A stretch of 64,000 bases of DNA from Methanobacteriota archaeon. Lineage in GTDB: Archaea; Halobacteriota; Bog-38; Methanoflorentales; Methanoflorentaceae. The stretch lies in assembly GCA_963720465.1 (NCBI GenBank), contig OY970393.1, positions 992,001-1,056,000 on the forward strand. The letters run 5' to 3'. Below the pieces are notes generated by a model. That model searched no databases. It worked only from the letters and a program-made list of their open reading frames with translations, and had not been told where the DNA came from. This document shows positions 55,268 to 64,000 of the stretch, in pieces; the stretch's first letter is position 1; every line of letters begins with the position of its first letter. Made by a program: the position numbers and the translations under genes.

Positions 55268-55603
55268 TCAATCCGAGAGGTCGATGTACCATTTGGTAAG
55301 TTGGTTCAGTGAGCCTTCCATGCCTCGATAATCCCCTAGAAGCTCATAACCGAACGCAGTCAGCTTGGCCCCGCCCCCTTCTTTTCCGCCTCGCGTCCTC
55401 TCAACAAGAGACCGACCGAGCCGTTTTTCAACGACGGTTATGCGTTCCAGAGCGTAGCGATACGACATCCCCAGCTCGCGCGCCGCGGCGCTGACAGATC
55501 CAAGCCTATCTATTTCAGCAAAGAGCCTCATCGTACCGAGGCCAAAAACGTATTCTTCATCTTCGCCGACGAACCACAGTTTGAATCGTGGTCTAATTCT
55601 CAT
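55268..55603 (-). CDS. ModE-type winged-HTH regulator (DNA-binding domain only)
   Basis: GSVSAAARELGMSYRYA...VERTRGGKEGGGAKLT. Confidence 0.88.
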   Translation of the reverse strand: MRIRPRFKLWFVGEDEEYVFGLGTMRLFAEIDRLGSVSAAARELGMSYRYALERITVVEKRLGRSLVERTRGGKEGGGAKLTAFGYELLGDYRGMEGSLNQLTKWYIDLSD

Positions 55604-55646
55604 GCTGGTAAGCTATAATAGGCTATGTGCACACTTAATCATAACG

Positions 55647-56837
55647 ATGAAATTCAAAACACGAACTCCATTCGAAGCGGCGCTGGATACGTTCCTCACC
55701 GCCATCGTGCCGATCGAAGAAACCGAGGTGACGCCATTACGAGAGGCGCGAGGGAGAGTGGTAGCACATCAGATCATTGCACAAAGGGATGAACCCAACT
55801 ATCGACGCGCTGCAATGGATGGCTACGCCGTCGTCGCCGACGACACGTTGGGCGCGAGCGAACATTCACCAATCGTTCTTAGAGTTGGCAACTCCGTGAG
55901 GCGCGGCGTGGCCTCGCGGGTCCACACCGGATCCAAAATACCCGACCAAGCCGACAGCGTCGTGATGGTGGAGGACACAGAACGTCTCGGCGACGTGGTT
56001 GAGGTTAGAGCGCACGTACATCCGTTCGAAAATGTCGGCCTCAAAGGAGAGGACATTGGCCGCGGTGATGTCGTTGTTGAGCCCGGCCATCAACTGCGAC
56101 CTGCGGACATCGGTCTACTCGCCTCCCTCGAGGTTCGCGACGTTACCGTCTACCGGCGACCAGATGTCGCGATCATACCGACCGGAGAGGAGCTCGTTGA
56201 AAAAGGGCCTTCAGAAGGGGAAGTGGTCGAAACAAATGGTCTTATAACGGCGCTTCTAGTAGAACAGTGGGGCGCTCACTACCGCTATCGAAGCATCGTT
56301 ACCGACGCGCGAGAGCTCATTGAAGCCGCATTGTTGCGGGACATCGATGCCGACCTGATACTTACGACGGGGGGGACCTCAGTTGGCATTCGGGACCTCG
56401 TACCAGAGGCGGTACGTAAGCTTGGCAAGCTTTTGGTGCACGGGATCGCAATCAGCCCCGCAAAGCCTACAGCGCTGGGGCTTGTAGAGAATACCCCCGT
56501 CGCGTGTCTGCCTGGGTTTCCGGTGGCCTGCCTCGTCGCTTCATACGCATTTGTCAAGCCAGCGGTCTATCGTCTGGCTCACTTCGACCATACATTTGAG
56601 CGGACGGTGACCGGCACGCTGGCGAGTAAGGTCATGGGAAAGCCCGGCTCGCGAACGTACGCGCGCGTGGCTATCAGGAACGGACGCGTCGAACCCATTA
56701 TGACGTCTAAATCAGGTATACTCCCTGGATCAGGCATACTCAGCTCTATGGCTAAAGCAGACGGATTCGTTATCATTCCGGAAAATGTTGGAGGGTACGA
56801 CAAGGGTCAACAGGTAGAGGTCGTGCTGTTCGACTAG
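55647..56837 (+). CDS. moeA: molybdopterin molybdotransferase MoeA
   Basis: AAMDGYAV, VHTGS, IIPTGEEL, TTGGTSVG, LPGFP; ATG at 55647. Confidence 0.94.
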   Translation: MKFKTRTPFEAALDTFLTAIVPIEETEVTPLREARGRVVAHQIIAQRDEPNYRRAAMDGYAVVADDTLGASEHSPIVLRVGNSVRRGVASRVHTGSKIPDQADSVVMVEDTERLGDVVEVRAHVHPFENVGLKGEDIGRGDVVVEPGHQLRPADIGLLASLEVRDVTVYRRPDVAIIPTGEELVEKGPSEGEVVETNGLITALLVEQWGAHYRYRSIVTDARELIEAALLRDIDADLILTTGGTSVGIRDLVPEAVRKLGKLLVHGIAISPAKPTALGLVENTPVACLPGFPVACLVASYAFVKPAVYRLAHFDHTFERTVTGTLASKVMGKPGSRTYARVAIRNGRVEPIMTSKSGILPGSGILSSMAKADGFVIIPENVGGYDKGQQVEVVLFD

Positions 56838-56839
56838 CG

Positions 56840-57427
56840 ATAAACGTCGGCTCACTACGAGGGCTTACCGCTCTTCGGACGGGAGTTGCCAATGTTGCAG
56901 GTACGCACCTGCTGAATGCGTCCAAGGGGTACAACTTTCGCTTTGTCAAAGAGTACAGACGGCACTGTATCGTACTCGTCAAAGGCTATTTGCAGCAGCA
57001 ACGTATCATCACCCGAAAGGGAGAGCTGATCTCGCCGCTTGATGATCTGACTGAAGCGCAGTTCATTAACCGGAATGCCGGGTCAGGAACTCGCGTTTGA
57101 CGAACATGTTACTTTAGCGGTGGCTATTACTGGGCACGTTTGCCGAGTTGACTCAATCAATCAATGGCCACGATTGTAAGGCGACCGCACGGCGCAGTGG
57201 CCTTGGCGGTGAAATTCGGGAAAGCAAATGCCGATATAGAGATCGGACCCGTCGCCAACCTAAACGGCTTGGCGTTCAGTCCGCTTGCTGATGAGGCGCA
57301 CGGCTTCTTTACACTGGAAGACCTCCTCGATGAGCCACCAGTGAAGCAATTTCTCCGCTACGATCAAGTGAATTCACAGGGTCGTTGCCATCAAACGTGC
57401 GAACCTACGATAAAACCAGACTTGTGA
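56840..57427 (+). pseudogene. remnant of the PBP (substrate-binding) domain of a MoeA-PBP fusion
   Basis: INVGSLRGLTALRTG..VAGTHLL...VKGYL...FINRNAGSGTRV-stop, then HGAVALAVKFGKA...GLAFSPLADE; no start codon and no MoeA part. Confidence 0.8.
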
Positions 57428-57614
57428 TCCAGATTGGCTGGATGACCTGCCAGGCGGAAAACGCTGTGTGTGCCTGCGACGTCGCGATTGAGCGAGCCAC
57501 CGCTTTGCATCCGCACCAGTATCGATGCAAACAAAAGCACGCCCCTTTGTTGGTCAAGCTCTGCCCGTATTCTAGGCAACTTTTTATTGTCAGAAGTACC
57601 ATACCAGTTGCCCC

Positions 57615-57689
57615 GGGGTAGTAGGGTAGCTTGGTCCATCCTCGAGCGTTTGGGACGCTTGGACGGCAGTTCGAATCTGCCCTACCCCA
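57615..57689 (+). tRNA. tRNA-Pro(TGG)
   Basis: Acceptor GGGGTAG/CTACCCC, anticodon arm GAGCG-TTTGGGA-CGCTT, T-loop GTTCGAATC. Confidence 0.95.
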
Positions 57690-57736
57690 TAGGCTTAAGA
57701 CACGCCGATGAAGTAACTGTCGGAACCACCACATAA

Positions 57737-57811
57737 GGACTCGTTGCCTAGTCAGGATAGGGCACCGGCCTCCTAAGCCGGCGGTCGAGGGTTCAAATCC
57801 CTCCGGGTCCG
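57737..57811 (+). tRNA. tRNA-Arg(CCT)
   Basis: Acceptor GGACTCG/CGGGTCC, anticodon arm CCGGC-CTCCTAA-GCCGG, T-loop GTTCAAATC. Confidence 0.95.
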
Positions 57812-58168
57812 CTTTCGCGCTTTGAGCACAATGCTACTGCGCGTTTCATCAAACAGTGCGACGTCTAGATGGAGACAATAAAGATGGAGCGACGCGTTAG
57901 CTTACGAGTCGGCAGTTTTTTCTTTGACTACCCTCTTTTCAAGCACGGTCGCCAAGAAACGTGCTTGGCTCGGCTCCACTGCAGACCCTAAGTCGTGCAA
58001 CATATCGTATATCCGTTCGCTTCTAATGCGATTGTGTAACTTCCTTTTTCGTTTTTGTGGCCTATATAAGACTTAAGAGCTAGCAGCATCGAACAACGGC
58101 CAACCCTCGTCGCGCCAATTCGCCCGTGCCCGTTTCACAAGGCACCACGCTCGTCGATCTAGCAAGGG

Positions 58169-59749
58169 TTACAGGCGGAACTCGAAAGCCGCGACAGGAT
58201 AGATCAGTTTGTGCTCAACCAGCATATCTGGGTCGATCTCCCCAAAAGTTCCTACGGGCTGTCCATTGACGATAATCATTGCACGCCTGCCCTCAATGAA
58301 TGAGGGGTCGGCTGATTCAGTGACCTCAAACGGACGGTCGAGCTCCCGCAAGACCGCGTTCACGACCTTTTTTATTTCCGTGAAATTAGCTGAGCTGGAC
58401 GCAATAACGCCCGCGCACAGGCGCCGTTCTTCGGCCGCGTCGGCGACAAGGCGGACTACGTCACCCACCTCGTACACCATTTGGGGGTACTCTCGGTGCT
58501 GGTTGAGGGCCAGCGTGTCTATCAAGCCAGGCAACAAACTCGTTCGCAGGCTAATGTGCTCCTCAAGGAGAGGGTTTTCAATAATGACGGCTTCTCTGGG
58601 ATCGGAAGCCAACATAAGCGTGATGACCTCGAGGAATCCCAGCCCCTGTAGCACGTCCCTGACGAGGGTTGATCGCTGCTCTTCTTCCAGCCTGCTGCCG
58701 ATAGTTCCAAGCTTCGGAAAAGAAGACGGAAGGTTTTCGTAACCAAAACCGATAGCGACGTCTTCTATGATGTCAACCGGATGCATGATGTCAGTCCGGT
58801 AGCACGGAACCGACACCGTAATCGTGCCTGCGTCCGCCTCTGCGTCCATCCGCATTTTTTGCAGTGAGGCCATGATCACCTCGTCTGCGATCTCGGCGCC
58901 AATACGCTGCCTTACGTCGCTATTTCTGACGACAAGGGTCGAGCCGCCCATGTTGGGGGTACACAGCACGCGGTCGCCACCCCCATAAACGACGTCAACC
59001 GTCTCGATCGACGCTCCTCGGTCATAAAGCGCTGCGACAAGTATGTGAAGGCAGTCTTGAATAGCTTTCAGCTCAATACCCGTCACGTCAATGAAAAGAT
59101 CGGTCGTCTTTTCCGTAACACGGGTGAGCTCACCGTTGATAATTGGCGGAAATGAGAGAACGTGATCGTTTGCGTCCAAGATCAGGGGGTGGTGATCGCC
59201 GACGATGTGTGCGTATTCCTTTCCCTTCGGATGGACGCGAAGAATCTCTGCAGGGGTCATCGGTTCGGAAAAATCGAGGGGTATAAACGCGACTTCGCTA
59301 AGTGTGTACCTAAACGGTGGGCATACTCGAGAGAGATCGTGAATTCCTATCGAAGCCTTTCTGCGGTCCCGCCCAACTCCCCAGTGCAGGTCTTCCTGCA
59401 GATCGATCAATGACTTAATCGTCCTTTCATCGATCGTAATTCCTCTCACAACGGCGCAAACCACGTGTGGGCGCACCGCGTTTACCGATGGGTCGACCCC
59501 GATTTCGATACCCGAGGGTGAGGTCGCGTACGCGGGGAGACCCACCTCTAGTCCGAGCATCCCTTTTATCGCTCGAGCCCCGCCCTCAACACTAAACAAA
59601 TCAGGCCTATTTGGGAAAAACTCGACCTGTACCTCGTCATCGACACACTCAACATCTGCCCCGAGGCGTGGAAGCAATTCAACGATTGTGCCAATGTCGG
59701 CGCCAACCATTTCCTCAAGCTCCGCACGATTGAGGGTAACGACTGGCAC
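58169..59749 (-). CDS. pheT: phenylalanyl-tRNA synthetase beta subunit (archaeal type)
   Basis: EFFPNRPDLFS, GIHDL, SFPPIING, YRTDIMHPVDIIEDVAI. Confidence 0.96.
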   Translation of the reverse strand: MPVVTLNRAELEEMVGADIGTIVELLPRLGADVECVDDEVQVEFFPNRPDLFSVEGGARAIKGMLGLEVGLPAYATSPSGIEIGVDPSVNAVRPHVVCAVVRGITIDERTIKSLIDLQEDLHWGVGRDRRKASIGIHDLSRVCPPFRYTLSEVAFIPLDFSEPMTPAEILRVHPKGKEYAHIVGDHHPLILDANDHVLSFPPIINGELTRVTEKTTDLFIDVTGIELKAIQDCLHILVAALYDRGASIETVDVVYGGGDRVLCTPNMGGSTLVVRNSDVRQRIGAEIADEVIMASLQKMRMDAEADAGTITVSVPCYRTDIMHPVDIIEDVAIGFGYENLPSSFPKLGTIGSRLEEEQRSTLVRDVLQGLGFLEVITLMLASDPREAVIIENPLLEEHISLRTSLLPGLIDTLALNQHREYPQMVYEVGDVVRLVADAAEERRLCAGVIASSSANFTEIKKVVNAVLRELDRPFEVTESADPSFIEGRRAMIIVNGQPVGTFGEIDPDMLVEHKLIYPVAAFEFRL

Positions 59750-59758
59750 TTAGACACC

Positions 59759-61249
59759 TCAACGCAGCGCGCTTGGCGTATCGCGCAGCCAGGCGACGTC
59801 ACTCATGTAGAGCTTTCTGATGTCTGCCAGCCCCATTTTGAGCATCGCAATCCTCTCAATACCGATGCTGAATCCCAAAACGCTTTTGAGCCCTAACGGC
59901 TGAGTCACTTCAGGCCGAAAGACGCCGGCCCCTACCAACTCAAGCCAGCTGCCGTCCACAAAGACATCACCTTCAAGGCTCGGTTCGGTAAAAGGAAAAT
60001 AACCGGGTCTAAATCGAACGCGATCAAATCCGAGCCGTTCAAAGACCGCCTTAAGCACGCTGATCAGGTCGGCCAAGCTGAGGTCTTCACCGTGAATTGT
60101 CCCCTCGCACTGGTGAAACTGCGGCAGATGCGTTGAGTCCATACTTTCTCGTCGGAATACGCGGTCGATGGCGAAAATCATTGCCGGGGGCTCCGGATGG
60201 CGTACGAGATAACGAAATGCGGACCCGGTCGTATGAGTTCGCAAGACTGCTCTACGCGATCGCTCGAGGTCAAACTCGCCCCCCCACCCCATTGAACCCT
60301 CGCAGCCGAACCTATGTGCTGCTGCCACGCGCTCTGCCAGGTCCGTTGGCAATTCGAGCGCCGCTGGGCGACTGAGATAGAACGTGTCTTGTTCATCGCG
60401 TGCGGGATGGTCTTGCGGCACGAACAGAACGTCGAAATTATGGAATTCACTTTCGACGATCGGCCCCCTGAACTCGGCAAATCCCATCGAAATGAAGATT
60501 TCGCGCATTTCATCAATAAGGCGTCGCAGCGGATGTGCTTTGCCGGGATAAAGCGGAAGGGTAGCGGCGCTTACGTCGTAGGGCTTCAATCGTCCTCGCC
60601 AAGCCCCAGTTCTGATGAGTTCAGACGTGAGATCAGCAATATCACGGTCGGCCGCGGGTGGCACACGTAGTGGCGTTTCGTCGCCCACTTGAGTCAAAAT
60701 GACCTCACGTGATACAACCTGGTGTGCGCGAACGACATTGCGCTTTTCGAGCTCTTTGAGAGTCGGTTCTGCTACTTGTCGCTCAAGCGAGACGTCATTC
60801 AAGGTGAATTGGATACTGACCTTCACGTCCTGAAGTATGCGCTCTTCAGGCAGTTCGCGTGCCGCGCGAGGTGAAAGTATGGAGTCGCCATTCGCGGTCT
60901 CGATGGTGGCCCACCCACGACGCTTCAGCCAACCAACGGCGATTGGCACGGCTGGAAAGATGCTCTTGAGGTCCGTCAGTAGAGTAGGCCCATTTATGAG
61001 CAAGTAGTCGTGAACCTGCCGTTCTGGAAGCCCTTTCTCAGCATAGGTTACGCCCTCAGCTGTAAGTTCGTAAACAGTTTCGATGGTTTCTTTTACCTGC
61101 GCGAGCTCCTTTGTTTGAAGAAAGTACGCTGATTGAAGGACTGTTTCGGTTTTTAAGTCGGCGTCTTTTGACAGGACTTCAACTGTCGCTCGCTTTGCAC
61201 GCTTAAGGGCCCGAAAAAGTATCCAGTCATTCTTAGATAGCTGCACCAT
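59759..61249 (-). CDS. pheS: phenylalanyl-tRNA synthetase alpha subunit (archaeal type)
   Basis: PQDHPARDEQDTF, LRTHTT, VFRRE, YFPFTEPS, GIERIAM; ATG at 61249. Confidence 0.96.
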   Translation of the reverse strand: MVQLSKNDWILFRALKRAKRATVEVLSKDADLKTETVLQSAYFLQTKELAQVKETIETVYELTAEGVTYAEKGLPERQVHDYLLINGPTLLTDLKSIFPAVPIAVGWLKRRGWATIETANGDSILSPRAARELPEERILQDVKVSIQFTLNDVSLERQVAEPTLKELEKRNVVRAHQVVSREVILTQVGDETPLRVPPAADRDIADLTSELIRTGAWRGRLKPYDVSAATLPLYPGKAHPLRRLIDEMREIFISMGFAEFRGPIVESEFHNFDVLFVPQDHPARDEQDTFYLSRPAALELPTDLAERVAAAHRFGCEGSMGWGGEFDLERSRRAVLRTHTTGSAFRYLVRHPEPPAMIFAIDRVFRRESMDSTHLPQFHQCEGTIHGEDLSLADLISVLKAVFERLGFDRVRFRPGYFPFTEPSLEGDVFVDGSWLELVGAGVFRPEVTQPLGLKSVLGFSIGIERIAMLKMGLADIRKLYMSDVAWLRDTPSALR

Positions 61250-61464
61250 ACGAATCTCTGACGTTATAGGAAGTAAAATACGCGTATTGCTACTCACCAC
61301 GCGCGATTATTATTTATTGTTACCTGTCGACACACAGTATGTGCAAGCCAAAATGATGGTATTGTCGCGAACCGAGCCTTGCTGACTGGATCTCTGTGCG
61401 GCTTGGGATTCAACGGCTTGTTCCCACGCACCACGACAGAGGCGGGGCCTTACGGGGATACCTA

Positions 61465-61949
61465 GTGGCAGATTACGGAAGCTCCATTTTTTTTTGTTCA
61501 GGAGAGACTTGCGCATAAGCGACAACATTGGGCGAATCGAAGCGTCTAAAGCCTCTAAAACGGTGGTGCCGTTGTTTGTCTTTGACCGAGACAAGGAGCG
61601 CGAAATCCGTACTCTAGTTCGAATGCGTTCCAGTTCATGGTCGAAGAAGCTTGTGGACGATCCCGCTGTCAACAATGGAAACTGGCAGTGGTGTGCGTCG
61701 ACCGGCCGCGATGCCCAGCCATATTTTCGGATTTTCAATCCTTGGCTGCAGCAGAGGCGGTACGATCCTGATTGCACTTACATCAAAGCGTGGATCCCGG
61801 AGTTACAGGCTATCGCCCATGCGCTTGTCCATTCTCTCGACAACTTTAAGGACAAGGCGATTCCTGGCTACCCCGCGCCAATCGTTGATCACTTAGCGGA
61901 AAGCAGTCGTGCGAAAGAAGCTTCTCGCAAAATCGCAACAGGCCTGTGA
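61465..61949 (+). pseudogene. deoxyribodipyrimidine photolyase remnant with large internal deletion
   Basis: N-terminal FRRDLRISDN...VVPLFVFD joined almost directly to C-terminal DPAVNNGNWQWCASTG..AQPYFRIFNP...YIKAWIPEL; frameshift in a T9 run near 61487. Confidence 0.85.
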
Positions 61950-62141
61950 GCGGCATCACAAACTAGTAAGCGCGTATCTAGTTCGATTAAGGCGACTAGG
62001 TGAAATGCTACGGCCTAAGGCGCGGAACTACCACCGCAGCCCCGACTCTCCAAGCGCTTACGTCAGCAGACGCTGGCGAACCTTTTGAGAATAATCGATG
62101 CTCACCGCACGACGTTTCGAACAGCAGGTTACTTGATCAAC

Positions 62142-63272
62142 TCATTCCGGACAGTCTCGGATGATGAAATCCTCTATTCGATCTTGCGCTTGCTCGCGCG
62201 CGGCCTGGTGATGTCTCAGGAATTGCACGACCTTGTCAGCAAGCTCATTCTTACACTCGCCACAAGCGCGCGCGCCGCGCAAACACTCTTCTCGCAGCTC
62301 AAGGGCCCGTTTATCGTCCTGCTCAAAGAGGTAGAATGAGTACTGATACACCGCACAAATATCAGGCACCCCGCCTAAATCCCTTTGTTCTTGCACCGTC
62401 GTTCGCCCGCCAGTAAAGGCGTTGGCAATTTTCGTGCGCACCTCCTCCGGACTGTCTGTTGTGAAGATGCTCGTTTCAGGAATCGATGCAGACATTTTGT
62501 CGAGTCCTAAGAGGCTCGGGAAAAACCGGCTATGGATGAGTGCGGGCTTGTAGTACCCCATTTTGGGAGCTACGTCGCGAGTAATACGAAAATGTGGGTC
62601 TTGGTCGATCGCGCACGGGATCAATACCGGAACGTTTCGCCCGGCTATTATCGAAGGAAGAAATGCTGGCGCCGATTGCATACTCGTGAAGAAGACCATT
62701 CCGATGTTGGTGCTACTGTCGAATCCAAAAACCGCGCGAGCTGCCGAAAATGTCACGCGCTTTGCCACTTCTAGCGCAATCGGATAGAGGGTTCGTGCGT
62801 ACTCTGTGTCGAGGAATATCCGAGTCTTCTCCGGATCAAAGCCGAGCGCTATCAGATCAAGAGCATTGTCATACGAAAAACCGCGCGTCGCACTAGCGAT
62901 TAGAGTATCCTTCTGTAGGAATTTTTCATCGTCGGTCATCTGGAAGTATAGATCTGCGTCAAACGCGTCTTGCAGGTACTTCGTGAAGATCCACGGCATC
63001 AGATGACCAAGATGCGTGTGCCCTGAAGGCCCTCGCCCGGTGTAGAGAACGAACTTTTCACCCGCTTCGTACCGATCAAGTATCCAGTTAAAGTCTCGAT
63101 GCGAGAAGAAGACCTGCCTCCGCAACATCGGGGGGATTGAGCCCGTAAACCTCTTGAATCGCGCCAAAATCGCGTCGTCAATGGGCTGCGTACCAAAGAG
63201 CGCCGTCAGCTTGTTATAGTCAACGTGGCCCTCTACTTCCCACGGTGTGACGAGAAATTCATCGCTTGGCAT
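62142..63272 (-). CDS. trpS: tryptophanyl-tRNA synthetase
   Basis: VTPWEV, YTGRGPSGHTHLGH, IDQDPHFR, KMSAS. Confidence 0.97.
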   Translation of the reverse strand: MPSDEFLVTPWEVEGHVDYNKLTALFGTQPIDDAILARFKRFTGSIPPMLRRQVFFSHRDFNWILDRYEAGEKFVLYTGRGPSGHTHLGHLMPWIFTKYLQDAFDADLYFQMTDDEKFLQKDTLIASATRGFSYDNALDLIALGFDPEKTRIFLDTEYARTLYPIALEVAKRVTFSAARAVFGFDSSTNIGMVFFTSMQSAPAFLPSIIAGRNVPVLIPCAIDQDPHFRITRDVAPKMGYYKPALIHSRFFPSLLGLDKMSASIPETSIFTTDSPEEVRTKIANAFTGGRTTVQEQRDLGGVPDICAVYQYSFYLFEQDDKRALELREECLRGARACGECKNELADKVVQFLRHHQAAREQAQDRIEDFIIRDCPE

Positions 63273-63419
63273 CGTTGTCGGCCCTGTTCCGTTGCGTATT
63301 TCGGCTAGTGATAGTCACGAGCAATTATAAAGACACCGCATTGGCAAGACCTCAGGGCGCTGCAACTTGTTTGCCAGGTCAGGCGTATAGCGACATGGCG
63401 CGTGCCAACGGCAGCCGGG

Positions 63420-64000
63420 TTACGGTTTTGCCCGTCCAATGTCAAGGTACTCGATACTGTCCTTTCCACTATAAGCAAAGATCATTCGTTTGCGGACACC
63501 GTGTGCGAGACGAACGGCGCGTGACATTTCCGGAAGCATTACGATATAGTCCTCCGGAAGTGCGTGCACGAGGTACTTCGAGTGCGGGATCGCGCTTACG
63601 TCGCTGACTTGCTCATATGCCCTGAAATGGCTGCCAAATTTGAAACCTGTTTTCACGACCAAACCGCGATCGCGAAGGTCCGTATATACGTCGAGCTTCC
63701 TCACGAATTCTGGTTCGAGGACCTTCGCCCTGCGCGTGAATTGCCGTGCGGTGAAGCGCTTATTCGTCGCCCCGTCCTCAACTGGCAAGCCGAGTCGCAT
63801 GAGGTACGCGCACTCAAGAAGCGAGAGCTGGAGCAACTTCTCATCTACAAGCTTTCCGTAAAAGCCAGCTCTGTAGAGCTGCACGGCGTGTTGCTGATCC
63901 CAGATAACGACTCGGTCGTCAAGAAGGGTGGCGTCTGCTTCAGAGAGATCCACTGTTAATGGCGCCATCTTGCCCTGCATACGCGCGTTTTTAGCTTCGT
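63420..64000 (-). CDS. endA: tRNA-splicing endonuclease, catalytic unit (probably continues beyond the window)
   Basis: LSLLECAYL, VYTDLRDRGLVVKTGFKFGSHFRAY, HSKYLV, VRLAHGVRK; frame open to 64000. Confidence 0.93.
   Translation of the reverse strand, partial: EAKNARMQGKMAPLTVDLSEADATLLDDRVVIWDQQHAVQLYRAGFYGKLVDEKLLQLSLLECAYLMRLGLPVEDGATNKRFTARQFTRRAKVLEPEFVRKLDVYTDLRDRGLVVKTGFKFGSHFRAYEQVSDVSAIPHSKYLVHALPEDYIVMLPEMSRAVRLAHGVRKRMIFAYSGKDSIEYLDIGRAKP

Noticed and set aside
57615-58168. Integrated element at the tRNA-Pro/tRNA-Arg pair
   Set aside because: No integrase and no duplicated tRNA 3' end were found; neither tRNA shows an intron.
63420-63980. Stand-alone 186-aa homotetrameric EndA
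   Set aside because: The frame stays open to the window edge and the apparent N-terminus resembles the inter-unit linker of the two-unit form; this cannot be decided from the window.

Overview
Archaeal chromosomal window, most likely Halobacteriota and Methanomicrobia-like. The markers are GGGP synthase, rpl40e, Tsr3, archaeal pheST/trpS/endA, SAMP and a PGF-CTERM sorting signal; no mcr gene is present, so methanogenesis cannot be shown here. 1-19 kb is an accessory, partly decayed region. It holds an intact katG, two dead monofunctional catalases, a chimeric FmdE / family-A DNA polymerase remnant, an acyltransferase pseudogene, a Lon-type protease lipoprotein, duplicated HTH fragments, an AbrB-ABC exporter unit and a frameshifted PGF-CTERM protein. 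19-26 kb is housekeeping (gatB, topA, GGGPS, rpl40e, tsr3). 26-55 kb is a contiguous energy/carbon cluster with two complete convergent A/V-type ATP synthase operons (one Thermus-like with a frameshifted D subunit, one Methanosarcina-like). These adjoin a bacterial-type Wood-Ljungdahl carbonyl-branch cluster (acsE, RACo/acsV, cooC, acsC, acsD, cooF) whose CODH (CooS) and acetyl-CoA synthase (AcsB) are fused in one ~1377-aa polypeptide with all metal ligands intact; this is the most notable signal. 55-64 kb has Moco genes, two tRNAs, pheT, pheS, a photolyase remnant, trpS and a window-truncated endA. Family calls come from motif recognition by eye; no searches were run.
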